From NCBI RefSeq assembly GCF_006345805.1, contig NC_043005.1, positions 57,350,001-57,414,000 of the forward strand: a stretch of 64,000 bases of DNA, read 5' to 3'. Positions 37,373-51,270 of this stretch are shown here, piece by piece. The notes under the pieces were generated by a model. The model was not told the DNA's origin and did no database searches. It saw only the letters and a program-made list of their open reading frames with translations. This DNA comes from Octopus sinensis. Its lineage: Eukaryota. Both the position numbers and the translations under genes were made by a program. Numbering within the stretch: position 1 is the stretch's first letter; each line of letters begins with the position of its first letter.

Positions 37373-38470
37373 TGTAACCGTCCCTTTTTTTTTTCTTGTG
37401 TGCATGGAACCCAGGACTATGTTATCCAGTGTGGTCTTTTCTAAGATGGTGGGGGTTATGATTTGAAGGGTATTGTGGAGCAAATTGAGTGACTACATAA
37501 GGGCCTCATTCACAGACTCTTGGCAGTTGAGTAGTAATGATGTTGATGGGGATGTTGAAGGATGATGTAGTGGTGGTGGTGGTGGTGGTGGAGATAGTGA
37601 TGGATGGCATTGGTATTATGTTGGTAGTTACGTTTGTGATGTGATAAAGATAATAGACAAACATGGTTTGGTGGTGATGACAATTATGATGGTGGTAGGA
37701 GTTGTCGACAGTACTGGTTGTAGTAATCTAACTGATGTCTTTTTCCCCATCCCCTGTTTGATGTGGAAATGATTGTGTTGTTGAGTGACGGTGGGTGGTG
37801 CTCTTGGGTGAAGGTGTTGAGTAGCAGTAGTGGTGGTGGTGGTGGTGGTGATATTCTCGAGTGATGTGATGGTGTAGTTGTTGAGTTATGGTTGGTGGCA
37901 GTAGGGTTATCGAGTTGTGATGGGCTTTTCTTGATTATGAGTATTGACTATGTTGCTGAGTACTCAATACAAAATATTTTCAGTCCAAGATCAGAGGATT
38001 ACATGGCTACTTGTTATGAACACAGAACTCACCATTTATCAGTTTTCCTTGGCTGAAAAACAGGTTCAGCTCTCTTTTTGGGGCAGTTGGTTATCAATAG
38101 AGCGAGAAAGCTGTAAAACTACTTGTTCCAATAAAATGAAAATATTCAAGTATGCAGAAACCATTCCAGTTATGCTAACATGAAAAAAAATTAATGTAAA
38201 ACTATGAAATAAAAGATAGTGACACACACTAAATTTTTTCCAATTATCTTTAAGCATCCATTTTATCAAAGTTTCTATCATTCTTGGTGAAAAAAGTTTA
38301 CATTTATCTAATTTTTTTTTATCATTTTCTGCATTCTACTTATAAAAAAATTTCATAAATCTCTCTTCACTATTATAATTCACAAGATAGCATCCAACTC
38401 AGCTTTTAAAAAATTTAAAGCACACATTTTTGCTTCATAAAATTTTTATCAGTTTTCTTATGCTTAAAAT

Positions 38471-38515
<45 letters not shown>

Positions 38516-39584
38516 AGACAAAATCGACCATTTCCATATGTAGTGCTACACAAATATGTGTACTTTTGTCATTGTTATATGCAGGTAGCATGATAAGACA
38601 TCATTAGCTGCAAATAGATTAAAGGCATTGTATGTTTAACCAATCATCAGTGTCACTTGAGGCAGTCACCCATAGCAAGTGAGGTAAGAACAATCCCATG
38701 GGATGAGGATAATAACAGCTTACCATCTTCAACCATTATGAAAATACCAGCAAGTAAAAGTCTATATAATCTGGTGAAGTATAAATGTCTTAATTGGGTG
38801 ACATTCAAGACACTCAACCAATGGAAATGCAGCTCCCTGTGTGGTTTGTGGCACAGTCACAAACTATGGAGCAGTTTTTGAGGTGACCTCCATGAGGGCA
38901 TGGGTCGGAAGGATTTTCACAATCTAAATCGGTTTTTGGTTGGAGTTACTTCCCTCTTTTGTGGACCATACCTCTTGTTTGTTTTTATTTCTAAGGCTGG
39001 ATGTCCTTCCTAATAACAACTGCTTTGCAGTGTACACTGGGCACTTTATTTTTTTTCCTTTTTTGCACAAGCACTAAAGAGATTTCCCTGCCCTCAACGG
39101 GACATGACAAGAAGGTTCTCTCAAACCTTATGATATTTGTGTACATCCAACCATTTTAGAGAGTACTTGAAAATGGTTGGCACACATTGTCTTCTGGTAC
39201 AAACATTGTAGTTGTTGTTGTATTACAAGTCCTGGCCAAGACAAGACCAAGAATCCTCTTCATACTATGGTGCTTCTCTTCATTCATCTACTACTACATA
39301 GAATGCATAAGATGCACTTTCTGACAGCAGTGCACTTAGAATGCACAAGATGCACTTTATTGTGACAGCAACACACTAGTTTAATTATATAATATTTAAT
39401 ATTTTTATGATTGATTAACAGAATTGATAACCTTAATGATATTAAAAACATTAATGATATCTAGTTGCAGCAGTTGTGGATGTGCAAAATTGTTATGATT
39501 GAACAAAATACCATAACTCTTTAGCATTCACTTTACTCTGTCAAATGTCATACTTATTTACTCACATGGTTTTAAATTAATCAT

Positions 39585-39978
39585 GCAGGAGTGGCTGTGT
39601 GGTAAGTAGCTTGTTTACCAACCACATACTTCTTGGTTCAGTCCCACCATGTGGCACCTTGGGCAAGTGTCTTCTACTATAGCCACGGGCTGACCAAAGC
39701 CTTGTGAGTGGATTTGGTAGACGGAAACTGAAAGAAGCCCATTGTATATATGTATGTATGTGTGTGTATATCTTTGTCTGTGTTTGTCCCCCCAACATTG
39801 CTTGACAACTGATGCTGGTGTGTTTACGTCCCCGTAACTTAGCGGTTCGGCAAAAGGGCCCGATAGAATAAGTACTAGGCTTACAAAGAATAAGTCCTGG
39901 GGTCGATTTGCTCGACTAAAGGTGGTGCTCCAGCATGGCCACAGTCAAATGACTGAAACAAGTAAAAGAGTAAAAGAG
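39585..39978 (+). mobile_element. well-preserved full-length SINE family A, inserted in a piggyBac-type MITE
   Basis: gcaggagtggctgtgtggtaagtagc...ggtggtgctccagcatggccacagtcaaatgactgaaacaagtaaaagagtaaaagag; MITE sequence on both sides. Confidence 0.93.
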
Positions 39979-40495
39979 CTGATCTTGTAGCTTCAAGATT
40001 TTGATGTGATTGTTTAGCTTTAGAATGACATTGTGGGGTAGGTGTGAGAGGCTGGATTTGACTGGTTTGAACATAAAATTGGCAGAATATTTGGGTTTGG
40101 GTGGACATGGCCAGCTTACATGCTAAAGGATTTAATGACATAAAGATTCTTGAGTATTTTTTACATAACGACAGCAGTGGATAACGATGTATGTGACAGT
40201 AACAACATCTAGTTCTGGTATTAATGGATTAATTGGAATTTATAGTGTCAAACAAAGCACCTTAATGATATAAAAACCACTAATGGTTGTTAATGAGGCC
40301 ATGGTAATGGTTATTACACATAATTGTTAATATTGAACTAAACACCTCAATGAGTCTTGGTTTCATCTTTTTATACTCTGAGCTTGAACTTTTATTGAAA
40401 TTGACTCTCCCTTTCAATCCTCTTGCCATCAAGTACTGTAATCAATATTATGTATGTCATCAATTGAATTTGTTTGTGGTTTCATGTCTAGTATT

Positions 40496-40830
40496 TCATC
40501 ATCATCATCATCATCATCGTTTAGCGTCTGTTTTCCATGCTAGCACTGGGGTCTGTGAAGCCAGAAGGCTTCATCAGGCCCAGTCAAATCTGGCAGTGTT
40601 TCTATGGCTGGATGCCCTTCCTAACGCCAACCACTCCGTGAGTGTAGTGGGTGCTTTTTACGTGCCACCCGCACAGGTGCCAGACAGAGCTGGCAAACGG
40701 CCACGAACGGATGGTGCTTTTTATGTGCCACCGGCACGAGGGCCAGGCAAGGCTGGCAACGGACACGAAACGGGGCGGTGCTGGCAACGGTCGCGAAACG
40801 GAAGGTTCTCTTACATGCCACCGGCACTGG
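40496..40830 (-). mobile_element. RTE-type 3'-UTR copy with repeated GTGCC-GGT-GGCAC hairpin motifs
   Basis: (cat)n tail at ~40497-40518; motif copies at 40650-40674, 40713-40737 and 40804-40827. Confidence 0.8.
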
Positions 40831-41664
40831 TAACACATCTGCAATTTCCATTGATCGATATCCATTGATCAATTTCGATTCTGTTTCAGTAAAACAAAAA
40901 CAGAAAGAAATGAATAGATTAAATAAATGTAAAACTGAATTAATATGCAGGATACGTACATACAGTGTGCACACACATACATACATACATACATACATAC
41001 ATATGTACATATGCATACACACATATATACATACATACACATGCAAACACACACATCCATACATACCCACACACATGCGCACAAACAAACAAAAGGCAAC
41101 GCTGTGTAAATAACGGGACAGAATCAAAACTATTGAAACGGTTGCAAGACGCAACGAAAATTTTAGGAAAATAAAAATAAGAAAAAAGTGGAAATTTTAC
41201 CGGTGAGTGTGTTATATTATAAGGCACAAAAAGAAAATGACTCTCCCCAGACACAACATAATATGCTTCAACACACAAACTCATATAAAGAATCTTGCAA
41301 ACCAAATCCAAAAACGAAATGTATTAATTGTATATCCTGTACAGGCTCCCTTGGTCATATATACTATTGTGAGGTGGAAAATAACATAATATTGTTTAGA
41401 TTCAGCCACAATTGAGCAAACCTATGAGCAAGGCATTCCAAGTAAGACCATCTTGTCCCCTAGAATTACATTATATAATATCCTTTATTATATGATAAGT
41501 AATTTTAGTGTGATTCAGTTCCTATTTCAGTTCCAAATAGGCCAAATGACCTACTAGAAATAGCAACTGAATGAAGTTACAATGTAGACCACCGGTACAA
41601 CATGGGTACTCAGAGTTGTTGTGATAAGTTAAATTGGGAAAATGTGTGTGTGTGTGTGTGTATG

Positions 41665-41710
<46 letters not shown>

Positions 41711-44059
41711 GATTTATATGTATGTATGTATGTATGTATGCACAAACAAATTTTGTGTGTTTATATGAAATTGAGGAAAAATGTAAAATATAGGGCATTG
41801 TATATTCTGTATCTTAGAAGCCTCTAATGTACAGGCATGTGTTTGTGTGTATTGAACATAATTTACTTTTGTTTTGCATGGAATTGAATATATAATTCAT
41901 ACCAAAACTATATCATGCTATATATCTTAAGTGTTTCATTATTTATTTATTTCTAGGAATTGATAAGCATGGTTTGCCGATTCCGAACACTCAAGGTAAA
42001 ATGTTCTATTTTTTTCTATTTATCTTTCTCTTTTTTTTTCTTCCCTGTCTTCCCCTTTGTCAGCCATTCTCTCTCTCTCTCTCCCCCCTTTCTCTCTCTT
42101 TCTCTTTAGTAAGAAAAAATAGGTTGTATTAATTAACCAAGTCTGTTTAAATTGAAAGCAATGTGCAATCATCAAATTCTGACAAGGATGTAATGGCACC
42201 CCACCACATTTTTTTTTTGTTTTTAGGACACAAAAAATGTTGACGGTCAGTATAGACTGCAGCCATGCTGGAGTGTCAACTTGAAGTGTTTTAGTCAAGC
42301 ATATCAACCCTAATACTTATTTTTTTCTTTTTTAGTTGAGTACTTATTTTATCAGTTTCTTATGCTGAACTGCTAAGTTACAGGAACATAAACAAAACAA
42401 CATCAGTTGTTAAGCTGTTTGGAGTGGTGGGGACACATACACACACAAAATGGGTTTCCACACTGTTTCTGTGTGCTAAGTACACTCACCAAGCATTAGT
42501 CATGCTGGGGCTATAGTAGAAGACACTAGCCCAAGGTGCTGCACAATGAGGGTGAGCCCACAGCCATGTGCATTTGTGTGTGTATAGACTTAGTGACTGG
42601 ATATAAAAAGCACTCATGTTGCCATGTTGGTTCTATTTACAAAGCACCCATGCTGGTGCCATGTATATAACACCTCTGTTAGTGTTACATAAAAAGCACT
42701 CAGTACACTCTGTAAAGTGGTTGGCATTACGAAGAGCATCCAGCCATAGAAACCATGCCAAAACTGACAACTGGAGCCTGGTGTAGCACTCCTGCTAGCC
42801 AGCTCCTGTCAAACTGTCCAACCCATGCCAGCCTGGAAAATGGATGTTAAATGATGATGTGAGGTTCAGTCTCTGAGGATATTAGTCCTTATACTAGTAG
42901 GTCTAACCCTTTTGTTACCAAATTTTTGTTGAATTACGCTACTTTTATTTAATTAAGTTTGAACAGAATAAAGAATTTGGTAAAATAACTTTCTTTTCAA
43001 GCTGGTGTTTGGAATTTAAATTAACTGAGATTTTGATGGCAAGTTTTAATTTAGATAATTTTAAAATAAGAAGTTTATATTATAGAACCAAAGGCCATTT
43101 CATCATCTGGTTTAACACCTTCATTGTTCCTGAAGTGGTTGAAGTGGTTGACATATTTCATTATCTTATTTGGCAGTACTTGGCCCTAGGATGCCTTTAT
43201 CAGACTCCCTCCACTCTGTTACAGTCACTTGGGTCATGTTTCCAATCTAAGGATAACTTCCCTTCATCTTACCTATTTCTGAGTCCTTGACAAACATCAA
43301 GAGGACTGCCCTTCCTCTGCTAAAAAGACCACCAAAACCAAAGGATGATCTGTGGTTAGTTATGCTATTTCTCAAGACAACTGGTGAGAAAACAGTTTTA
43401 TTAACTTTTTGTTGGGGATGGAGGTGGTTGAAAATATATACTCTAGCCTTTCATCACCTAACATAAAACTCTTCCCCTCTACTGTTGTCCCACTCAGTTG
43501 ATGGGGATCTGAATCTTTCTTGTGAGCTAAGCACCCTGTACACTTTGTGAAGTGGTTGGCTTTAAGAAGGGTATTGAACCATACAAATCATACCAAAGCA
43601 CACATTGGAGCAAAATGCAGTACTGAGACCTATTGGATCCTGTCAAATTGTCCAACCCATGCCAGTATAGAGGACAGATGATAAAAACCATGGTGATGAT
43701 CATCATCATCCATTTTCCACACTGGCATAGATGGTTTGACTGGAGCTGGTAAGCTGGAAAGCTGCACCAAAGTCCAGTCTGTTTTGGCTTGGTTTCCACT
43801 GCTGGATGCCCTTCCTAATTCCGGCCACTCCACAGAGTGGACTGGGTGTCTTTAACATCTCAGTTGTCTTTTTACATGTCACTGGCACTGGCCATGACCA
43901 CGATTTCACTTAGCTTGACGTATCTTCTCAAGCACAGCAAATTGCCAGAAGTCTCGGTCACTTGTCTCAGTGAGACTCAACAACTGAAGATCATATTTCA
44001 CCATCTCATTCCATGTCTTCAGATTGTTGATTTTGTTCTTTATTAAAGCAGAAAGGTGG

Positions 44060-45058
44060 TGCCTTTCATCCTTTTGAAGTTGATAAATTGAGTACCAGTG
44101 AAATATTGGGGTCGATATAATTGACTAATTCCCTCCCACCAAATTTCAGGCCTTGTGCCTATAATAGAAAACATTATTATCATTATTAAGGCAGCGAGCT
44201 GGCAGAAACATTAATGCACTGCACGAAATGCATAGCAGTATTTTGCCCATTGCTACGTTCTGAGTTCAAATTTCGCTGAGGTCAACTTTGTCTTTCATCC
44301 TTTAAGGGTCGATAATTAAGTACCAGTTGAAGACTGGGATCGATGTAATTGACTACTCCCCTCCCCCCAAATTACTGTGCTTGTGGCAAAATTTGAAACC
44401 ATTATTATTATTATTATTATTATTAGTAGTAGTAGTAGTAGTAGTAGTAAGGTCGTGAGCTGGCAGAAGCATTACTGTGCCAGGCAAAATTCTTAGTGGC
44501 ATTTCTTCCAGTGCTTCACAGTCTGAGTTCAAGTGTCTTTTGTCTTTTCAGGGTCAATAAAATAAGTACCAGTTATGTAATGGGGATGGGGTTCAATGCA
44601 ATAGACTTAGCTTGTTCATCAAAATTGATTTCCTTGTGTCAAGATCAGAAAGTATTATTATCATTATTATTATTAGTTGTATTAAGGCAGTAGATTATTA
44701 TGATCATGAGAGCATCTGACAAAATGTCTAACTGTCTTTAGTTACAACTTTTTATGTTCTGAGTTCAACTCCTGCCAAAGCCAACAGATTGCCTTCCATT
44801 GTTTCGGGATTGATAAAATAAGTCAAATACTGGGGGTCAATGTAATCAACTGTTCTCCTCCCCTGAACTTTTAGGTTTGGTACTTAGGTTAAAAAGAATT
44901 ATTTTAAGGGCTGTAGATTGGTAGTCACTAGAACATTGGAGAAAATGCCTCACGATATTTCTTCTAACTCTGTATGTTTTGAATTCAAATCCTGCTGAGG
45001 TTAACTTTTTGCTTTACATCTTTTTGGGATTGATAAAATAAAACACAAATACATGGGT
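44060..45058 (+). mobile_element. five head-to-tail SINE family B copies joined by (ATT)n-type tails
   Basis: Copies approx. 44060-44188 (3' part), 44189-44449, 44450-44682, 44683-44906, 44907-45058, each with ctgagttcaa...gataaaataagt-like motifs. Confidence 0.75.
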
Positions 45059-46550
45059 AGCAACTGTTATTTCCTGTTTGTGTGCCTCTAGAAAGTATGT
45101 AAAAGGGCTAATCTCTCCTTCAAATTTTGCTTTTGTTACATTTATTCAAATCCCAACGAATCCCTCTCGACACATGGCTATGATGCTCCCCCACTACTCC
45201 TGCTCATGATCAGAGATGCATGTACTGTCAACCACTAAGGGACCTGCTCAAGTGGTTAAGGTCAAGCAACTGACAAGCAAATCTGTGGTACTGAGCTGAA
45301 TATTTGCTATAACAATATTTCTGCTTCAGCAACTCAGCACTGAATCTGTCTGTCTGAAATGTGATGGAAAATAGGTCAGTCTCAAAATGTTGATGTTCAG
45401 GTCACAAAAGCAAAGTTTGAAGGAAACAGTAGTCATTTTGTTTAATTTCTAGATAGAAGCAAATAGAGAATAAAACTTTACTAACCAAAGACAAAAAAAA
45501 ATATATAAAATTTTGTTACACTGTAATCAATTTAAGTCCCTCTTGTCAATGTAAAAATGCTGGCTTTGTGTCTAAATTAAGAATAGTTATCATTATTGGT
45601 AGTAATGTGTTAAGTTAGTAGTTTGACAAACTTGTTAGAGTATGAAATAACATGTTTTATGGTATTTTGTTATATCTCTTTATATTCTGAGTTCAAAGCC
45701 TGCTAAGGTCAACACTTCGGCTTTCATTCTATTGGGGTTCATAAAGTAGAAGTGCTGGAATCAATTGTTGACTAACCTTTTCCAACACGATTGCTAGTCT
45801 TGTACTTGAATTAGAAATTATTATTGTTGTTGTTATTATACTAGTGAACTATTATGACAGCTTTATTAAACCATTACATTCTGTAAGCCACAATCCAGCA
45901 TGGCACTGCATTTGTCTGTCAGCCCTATATTGCATGAAACTGCATGAATTGTATGCAAGCCATTAATCATGGTCAGGGATTTCACTTGCTGTCTACTTGT
46001 GCAGTAGCAGGTTACCACATATCAACCTTGTGCACATTTGTTTTAAATGAAGTTAGGAACTCTCTAAGGAAGAAATCTCTTCCTCTTTCATATATTTAAC
46101 ATCTCAAACGTTATTTACATCAACCCGTGTTGCTGAGTTTCTATGATTTTCTCAAAAATTTTCTTTGAAAATTGGCCGCTAATCATTTTCTGAGCAACAC
46201 TGTTTTCAATGAGGCCAAATGTAATGCTTATTTATTCACATTCTTTTGAATTAATCAAGCATTATCCTGTAGCTTCAAATTTTTGATGATAGCATCATTT
46301 ACTTTTAGAATGACATTATAAGATAGGTGTGAGAGGCTGGATTTGGTTTCTTCAAACATAAAACAGAAAGACTATTTGAATTAGATATCGTTGGATTAAA
46401 TGCTGAATGTTAATCAATTAATTAATAGCAGATAAGGTTGTTGACTTTGGAAATGGTAATCAGAATATTTTTTTCCTTCCATGTACACAAGTGTTTGCTT
46501 TGACTTTGATCTATATGGTTTTGTATCAAGTGACTCAAATGAAATATTAC

Positions 46551-46796
46551 CTGGACACTGGACGTTTTGCAGGTGTTGTTGTTGTTCAGGACACAACATG
46601 AAGCCTGTTGAATGTCCCTCACCATTTTTTTTTTCATTGTGTTTTCATTGGTATGCTTGTCCAACAAACTAATTTTTATATAGAACAAAAGAGAAAGGTC
46701 AACTTTGTTTCTACATGCATTGAAATTCATAGCATACTTGAGTATATTGTTTCTGATGATGGTAGCAGCTTACCTGTAAATTTCATAAGGATTAAA
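46551..46796 (-). other. candidate exons 46774-46796 (23 nt) and 46551-46668 (118 nt), phase-compatible, product unknown
   Basis: catttttacag|...cag|gtaagc; 105-nt intron with pyrimidine tract; ag|...cag|gtaata. Spliced frame FNPYEIYSLLDKHTNENTMKKKMVRDIQQASCCVLNNNNTCKTSSVQ; no family recognised. Confidence 0.3.
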
Positions 46797-47984
46797 CTGT
46801 AAAAATGTCAGGGAAAATTTTTTTTTTTTTTGTGAGATTTTTATGTCCAAAGCTATTACTAATTTAATTCATTGCTATCCTTTTTATCTATTTTTAAGTG
46901 CATCAGCTTTTTAATTACTATTAACAACCACACATGTACAACATTGTTTTGAGTAGAACTGACTATTTATATTATTAAATTTAATCTTTTTCTCAATACT
47001 GCCACTTTTTATAATCTGACCCTAAGAAAAGATGCTTTGAAGCATTTGCATAGACAAGTCCATTTTTTGGCATTTTCTGTTCAATCATTGCAGGACTGAA
47101 CTTTTGATTCAAAAAATTTTCAGCAGGATATTAAAAGTTAATTAGAAAGTATGCTGCATTAATTTAAGATGACCTTTGATAAATTTCTTACCTGAAGATT
47201 TTACATTTTGTATTTACTGGCAAAATATTACACTTTAATTTTAACCAAAAGGTTGAGATCAATAATTTGTTAATGTAATAGTCTGTGACATCTGCTAAAG
47301 ATGGTATCTCACAATGGTATACAAACACAATGGTATACAAAAATCTGTCATCAAAATGACAGATTTTTAGTTATACATTATTTGCTGGTCTACTAAATCA
47401 TTTATTGATAGCTGTAAAGATTTAACTAAAATGATTAAACTATAGGAGTATTACAATAATATTTACAAAACAGTGAAAAATTTACATGTGATTATCCTTT
47501 TTCCAGACCTTTTATTACAATATTCATAGAAAAATTGTGAGTTCTTAAAGATTTCATTGTTTTTCTGTTATTTATCAGTTTATTGACAGTATTCCTAATT
47601 CTCATTATGCTTCAAACAACACAAAGCTAATTTCTTTCTTTAGCCCACTCTTATTTTAATTCTCTCACTCACTCACTCTTCATTTGTTTGCCAGTTAGCA
47701 CAGTGTGATAAACACCATGTTCTTTCACATACTTTCATTTTACTTCTATGGTCACTCCTTCACTCTTCTGTTTGTTTGACAGCTTTCTATGTCCACACTA
47801 CATCTTTACTACGTCAACAAATGAACACATATTGCTAATTACTTGGGTGATTACTTTTTAAACTTAAAAATTGCTTGATTTTAATTTTATTTTCATACTT
47901 TTTAACCTTTAGGGAGTTCGCTCTAGTTTTGATTACTTAACAATATATGAGTATTATCAAACCAGTTAAAAAAAGAAGAAAAAA

Positions 47985-49350
47985 ACCATCATGGAGATTT
48001 ATTATAATACAATATGGTACATTGCTTTGTATTTGTAGGCCCAAAATTCCTGTCTTTTGCAAGGATTTTTTTCAGCATCAAAAAACTGCATTCAACAGCA
48101 GCTGATGTTGCTTGGCATTGTATAGGATCTGCACTATCCATGGGTGAAAGTTTGGGGTTCATTAGTTGAATTTTTGAATTGATTTGTTTTTTTTTCTATT
48201 TAATCAAAAATCTATGTAACTCATGGTGCAACATGAGTCTTCATTGAATTTCAATTCTTTAGAGGTTTTGTAAGCATTGTAGATGGGGAATGTTGTTGAT
48301 TCAGCTTTCAAAATCAACTCTTTCAACTACAGATAGTTTGAACAGATTTGGGTGAGATTAATCCTGATTTCACAATGTCTTTCACTCTCTTCACCAAAAT
48401 GCCTTCATCTTCAAATCTCTCTGCAATTTTTGTAACTTCTGCAAGGTTCTTGGCATAGTAATTGCAGGCATCCAACCCGCTCCACCACCTGGTCACAATT
48501 GGCTGAGTGGGGTATCCAATTGTTTTGAATTGCTCGTGTTGGTAATTTTTTCTTTTTTAAAGTGCAGCCTTGATGGTGGCAACCAAACAATGAACTGCTG
48601 GATAGAAAACCTTTATTTTTAGATCACCATTATGCAGTAGGTGGGAGAAGCTAGTTATATGGAAGAGCTTTGGATACATAACTTGCAATGTTTCTCCAGG
48701 AGCTACCATTTACCAACTAGCATCAGACAATAAGAGAAAATTTTCCCTTAGGGAACCATTGATGATCTGGGCAATGACTGCAGCAGTTAGAGCTGATTGA
48801 AGTAGCAAACATTCTATTAAGAACAGTTTTATAAGGATTTTTAACTGAACCAATAAGTATATCCACAATTGTTTGTCTTCAATCTGACTTTCATCATACA
48901 TTTTGATCACTCAGGAATCTCTTGCAATTTTCAACTGTGTTTGCACTATGCATATCAACATATTTTCAGCATGTAGATTGAGATGTCAGTGACTTATTGA
49001 TAGAATCAAAGAGGCTTCTTCAAACTTGGATTAGTGAGCTTGTGCAAAAGAATGTCAACCTCAACAAATGCTTTGGTCACCATTGCATCCAAAGATCTTT
49101 CGTTTTCAGTAAATTCAAACAATTTCATCAGTGGCTGTTCAATTTTAGTAGTCTTTTAAAGATAGTTTTGATGTTTTTTGCTCATTCTATGTGACTCAAC
49201 AAAATGCTTTTTGTTGCATTTGACATCAGTGAGGCACAGTATGTTGTATGACTGGTTATTGTGAGCCAATACAAATTCTTTTGAAACTTTTTCTGTAAAT
49301 TCAAGGGTTTTTACCTTCGGACTTGTTTTTGGCTTTTGTATTTGAGTCAA
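47985..49350 (-). pseudogene. decayed hAT-superfamily (CGGBP1-like) transposase
   Basis: N-terminal zinc-finger relic (LCLTDVKCNKKHFVESHRMSKKH), LLLSDAS.MVAPGETLQVMYPKLFHIT, PTQPIVTRWWSGLDACNYYAKN, and hATC-like CQATSAAVECSF...KKILAKDRNF; many stops and frameshifts. Confidence 0.8.
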
Positions 49351-51017
49351 AGAATAAGAAAATTATAATAATCAGAATTAAAATTACTTGAAAATAGAAA
49401 AAGCAGCTCAATAAGACAATAACAAAAGAACTGTACAATCAACTTCAAAAAGATCTAGCATCATAACAGTGAAAAAAAAAAATGATTAAATTCAATTAAC
49501 TTCAGATAAAAATTTGCATTATAGTTTAACAAATTTAAACAATACATAAAAAATATATATTGAAATATTATTGAGAAACCGCTGGCATACTGTACATTTA
49601 TACATAGTGAAATGAATAGTAAGGAAAAGTTAGTTCCAATGGGAAATTTAAAATTCCTTAATAACAGTTGCAAAGAATTAAAACCTTAAGTAAATACAAT
49701 TAAAATTGGATGGTAATAAATAATTCTTTAAGAGGCCTGTTTCATGAATCAGAAAAAAATGCAAATAATCAATATTAGTATTTGGTATCGATCACCAATT
49801 ACTAATATTGGTAAGATTACCTAGAAGTTGGAAATTTGTCTTAAAGAAAATCTATACAGACATGCTAGATTTTTTGTTTGTGTTCAGATGACAGGATACA
49901 CATGGTGTTGAATAATTTTCAACATTGAAGGGTAGGGAAAGCCATTGAGAATGCTAAAAATAGCTCCAAAGTGGTAGTCCAATACAGCAACTCTACTAAA
50001 AACTAGCAGAAATATCAAATTTAGGTTTAATCAGTACATATAAATATATATGAAATGAATTTGTTTATTCTTTTTAGTATCTAATAAAAAATGTTCTTTT
50101 TTCTTTTTGGTAAAATTTCATTTTTTAAACTTTATTGCATGATTTTAACTTTATTTAATTTAATAAGTGATTAATTACTATGATGAATTGTAAAAAGAGT
50201 TTATCATCTTTGGTTTTAACCTTGAAATGAATGTTTTTATGAATTTTAACTATTTGGCAAAAAAAAAACTGTATGGATTATCTTCTGTATGTATCAAGTC
50301 TTTCTACAAAGGACAATCGAATAATTGACTAACCAGTAGGTAACTCATGGTTTGGACTGTTTCACACTTACAGACAAAGGATTCTACATTATGATTCCTT
50401 TTCACTTGGTACAAGTTTGGTTAAATTCAACTGGGATGCCATGAAAGAATCTCCACTTGCTTCATGTGCACTTCATGTTCTGTAACAAAATTTTCTGCTT
50501 GTTCCATCTTCATATCTGGCATTTCTACTTATGAGCCCCTTTATAGATACTATTTTATTTTGGTAGACCCCCTTAACCATTTGATGCTTAAAGACTAGTT
50601 CTACTGATACTTCATTCAAAATTCCTATTTCGTTTATCACACATTAACTTGTGCAGGTTGAACTATACAAAATGTTAGAGGAAGAAAATTAGCTGTTCCT
50701 TGCAATAAACACATCTAAAGCAAAAGTTTTTCATAGACCCTTAATTTACTACTGTGGATCTCCAACTTACTATTTTGCTTACGTGGATCCTCCAGAAGTC
50801 TTATGTGGACTCCGGTTGAGAACCACTGAATATTGACCAAAGACATACACGCTATGCAACATGCATACTACATGCACTTGGGTGATCCAACTGCATACTC
50901 ACAACATGTGCATACTACATAACATGTATGTAATTTGCATGTAAACACTTCACCACACACACAAACTCACAAAATATATACACGGTTATAAGAACTCTTA
51001 TTCCTCTTATGAACACA

Positions 51018-51095
<78 letters not shown>

Positions 51096-51238
51096 TTGGC
51101 ATTAGGGAGGACATCCAGCTGTAGAAACAATGCCAGATCAGACTAGAGCCTGGTGCAGCCTCCTGGCTTCCTAGATCCCAGTCGAACTGTCCAACCAATA
51201 CGAGCATGGAAAACAGACGTTAAATGATGATTGATATG

Positions 51239-51270
<32 letters not shown>

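Noticed and set aside
50368-50475. Minus-strand segment with ttttgttacag acceptor and gtaagt donor
   Set aside because: Stops in all three frames and no other support.
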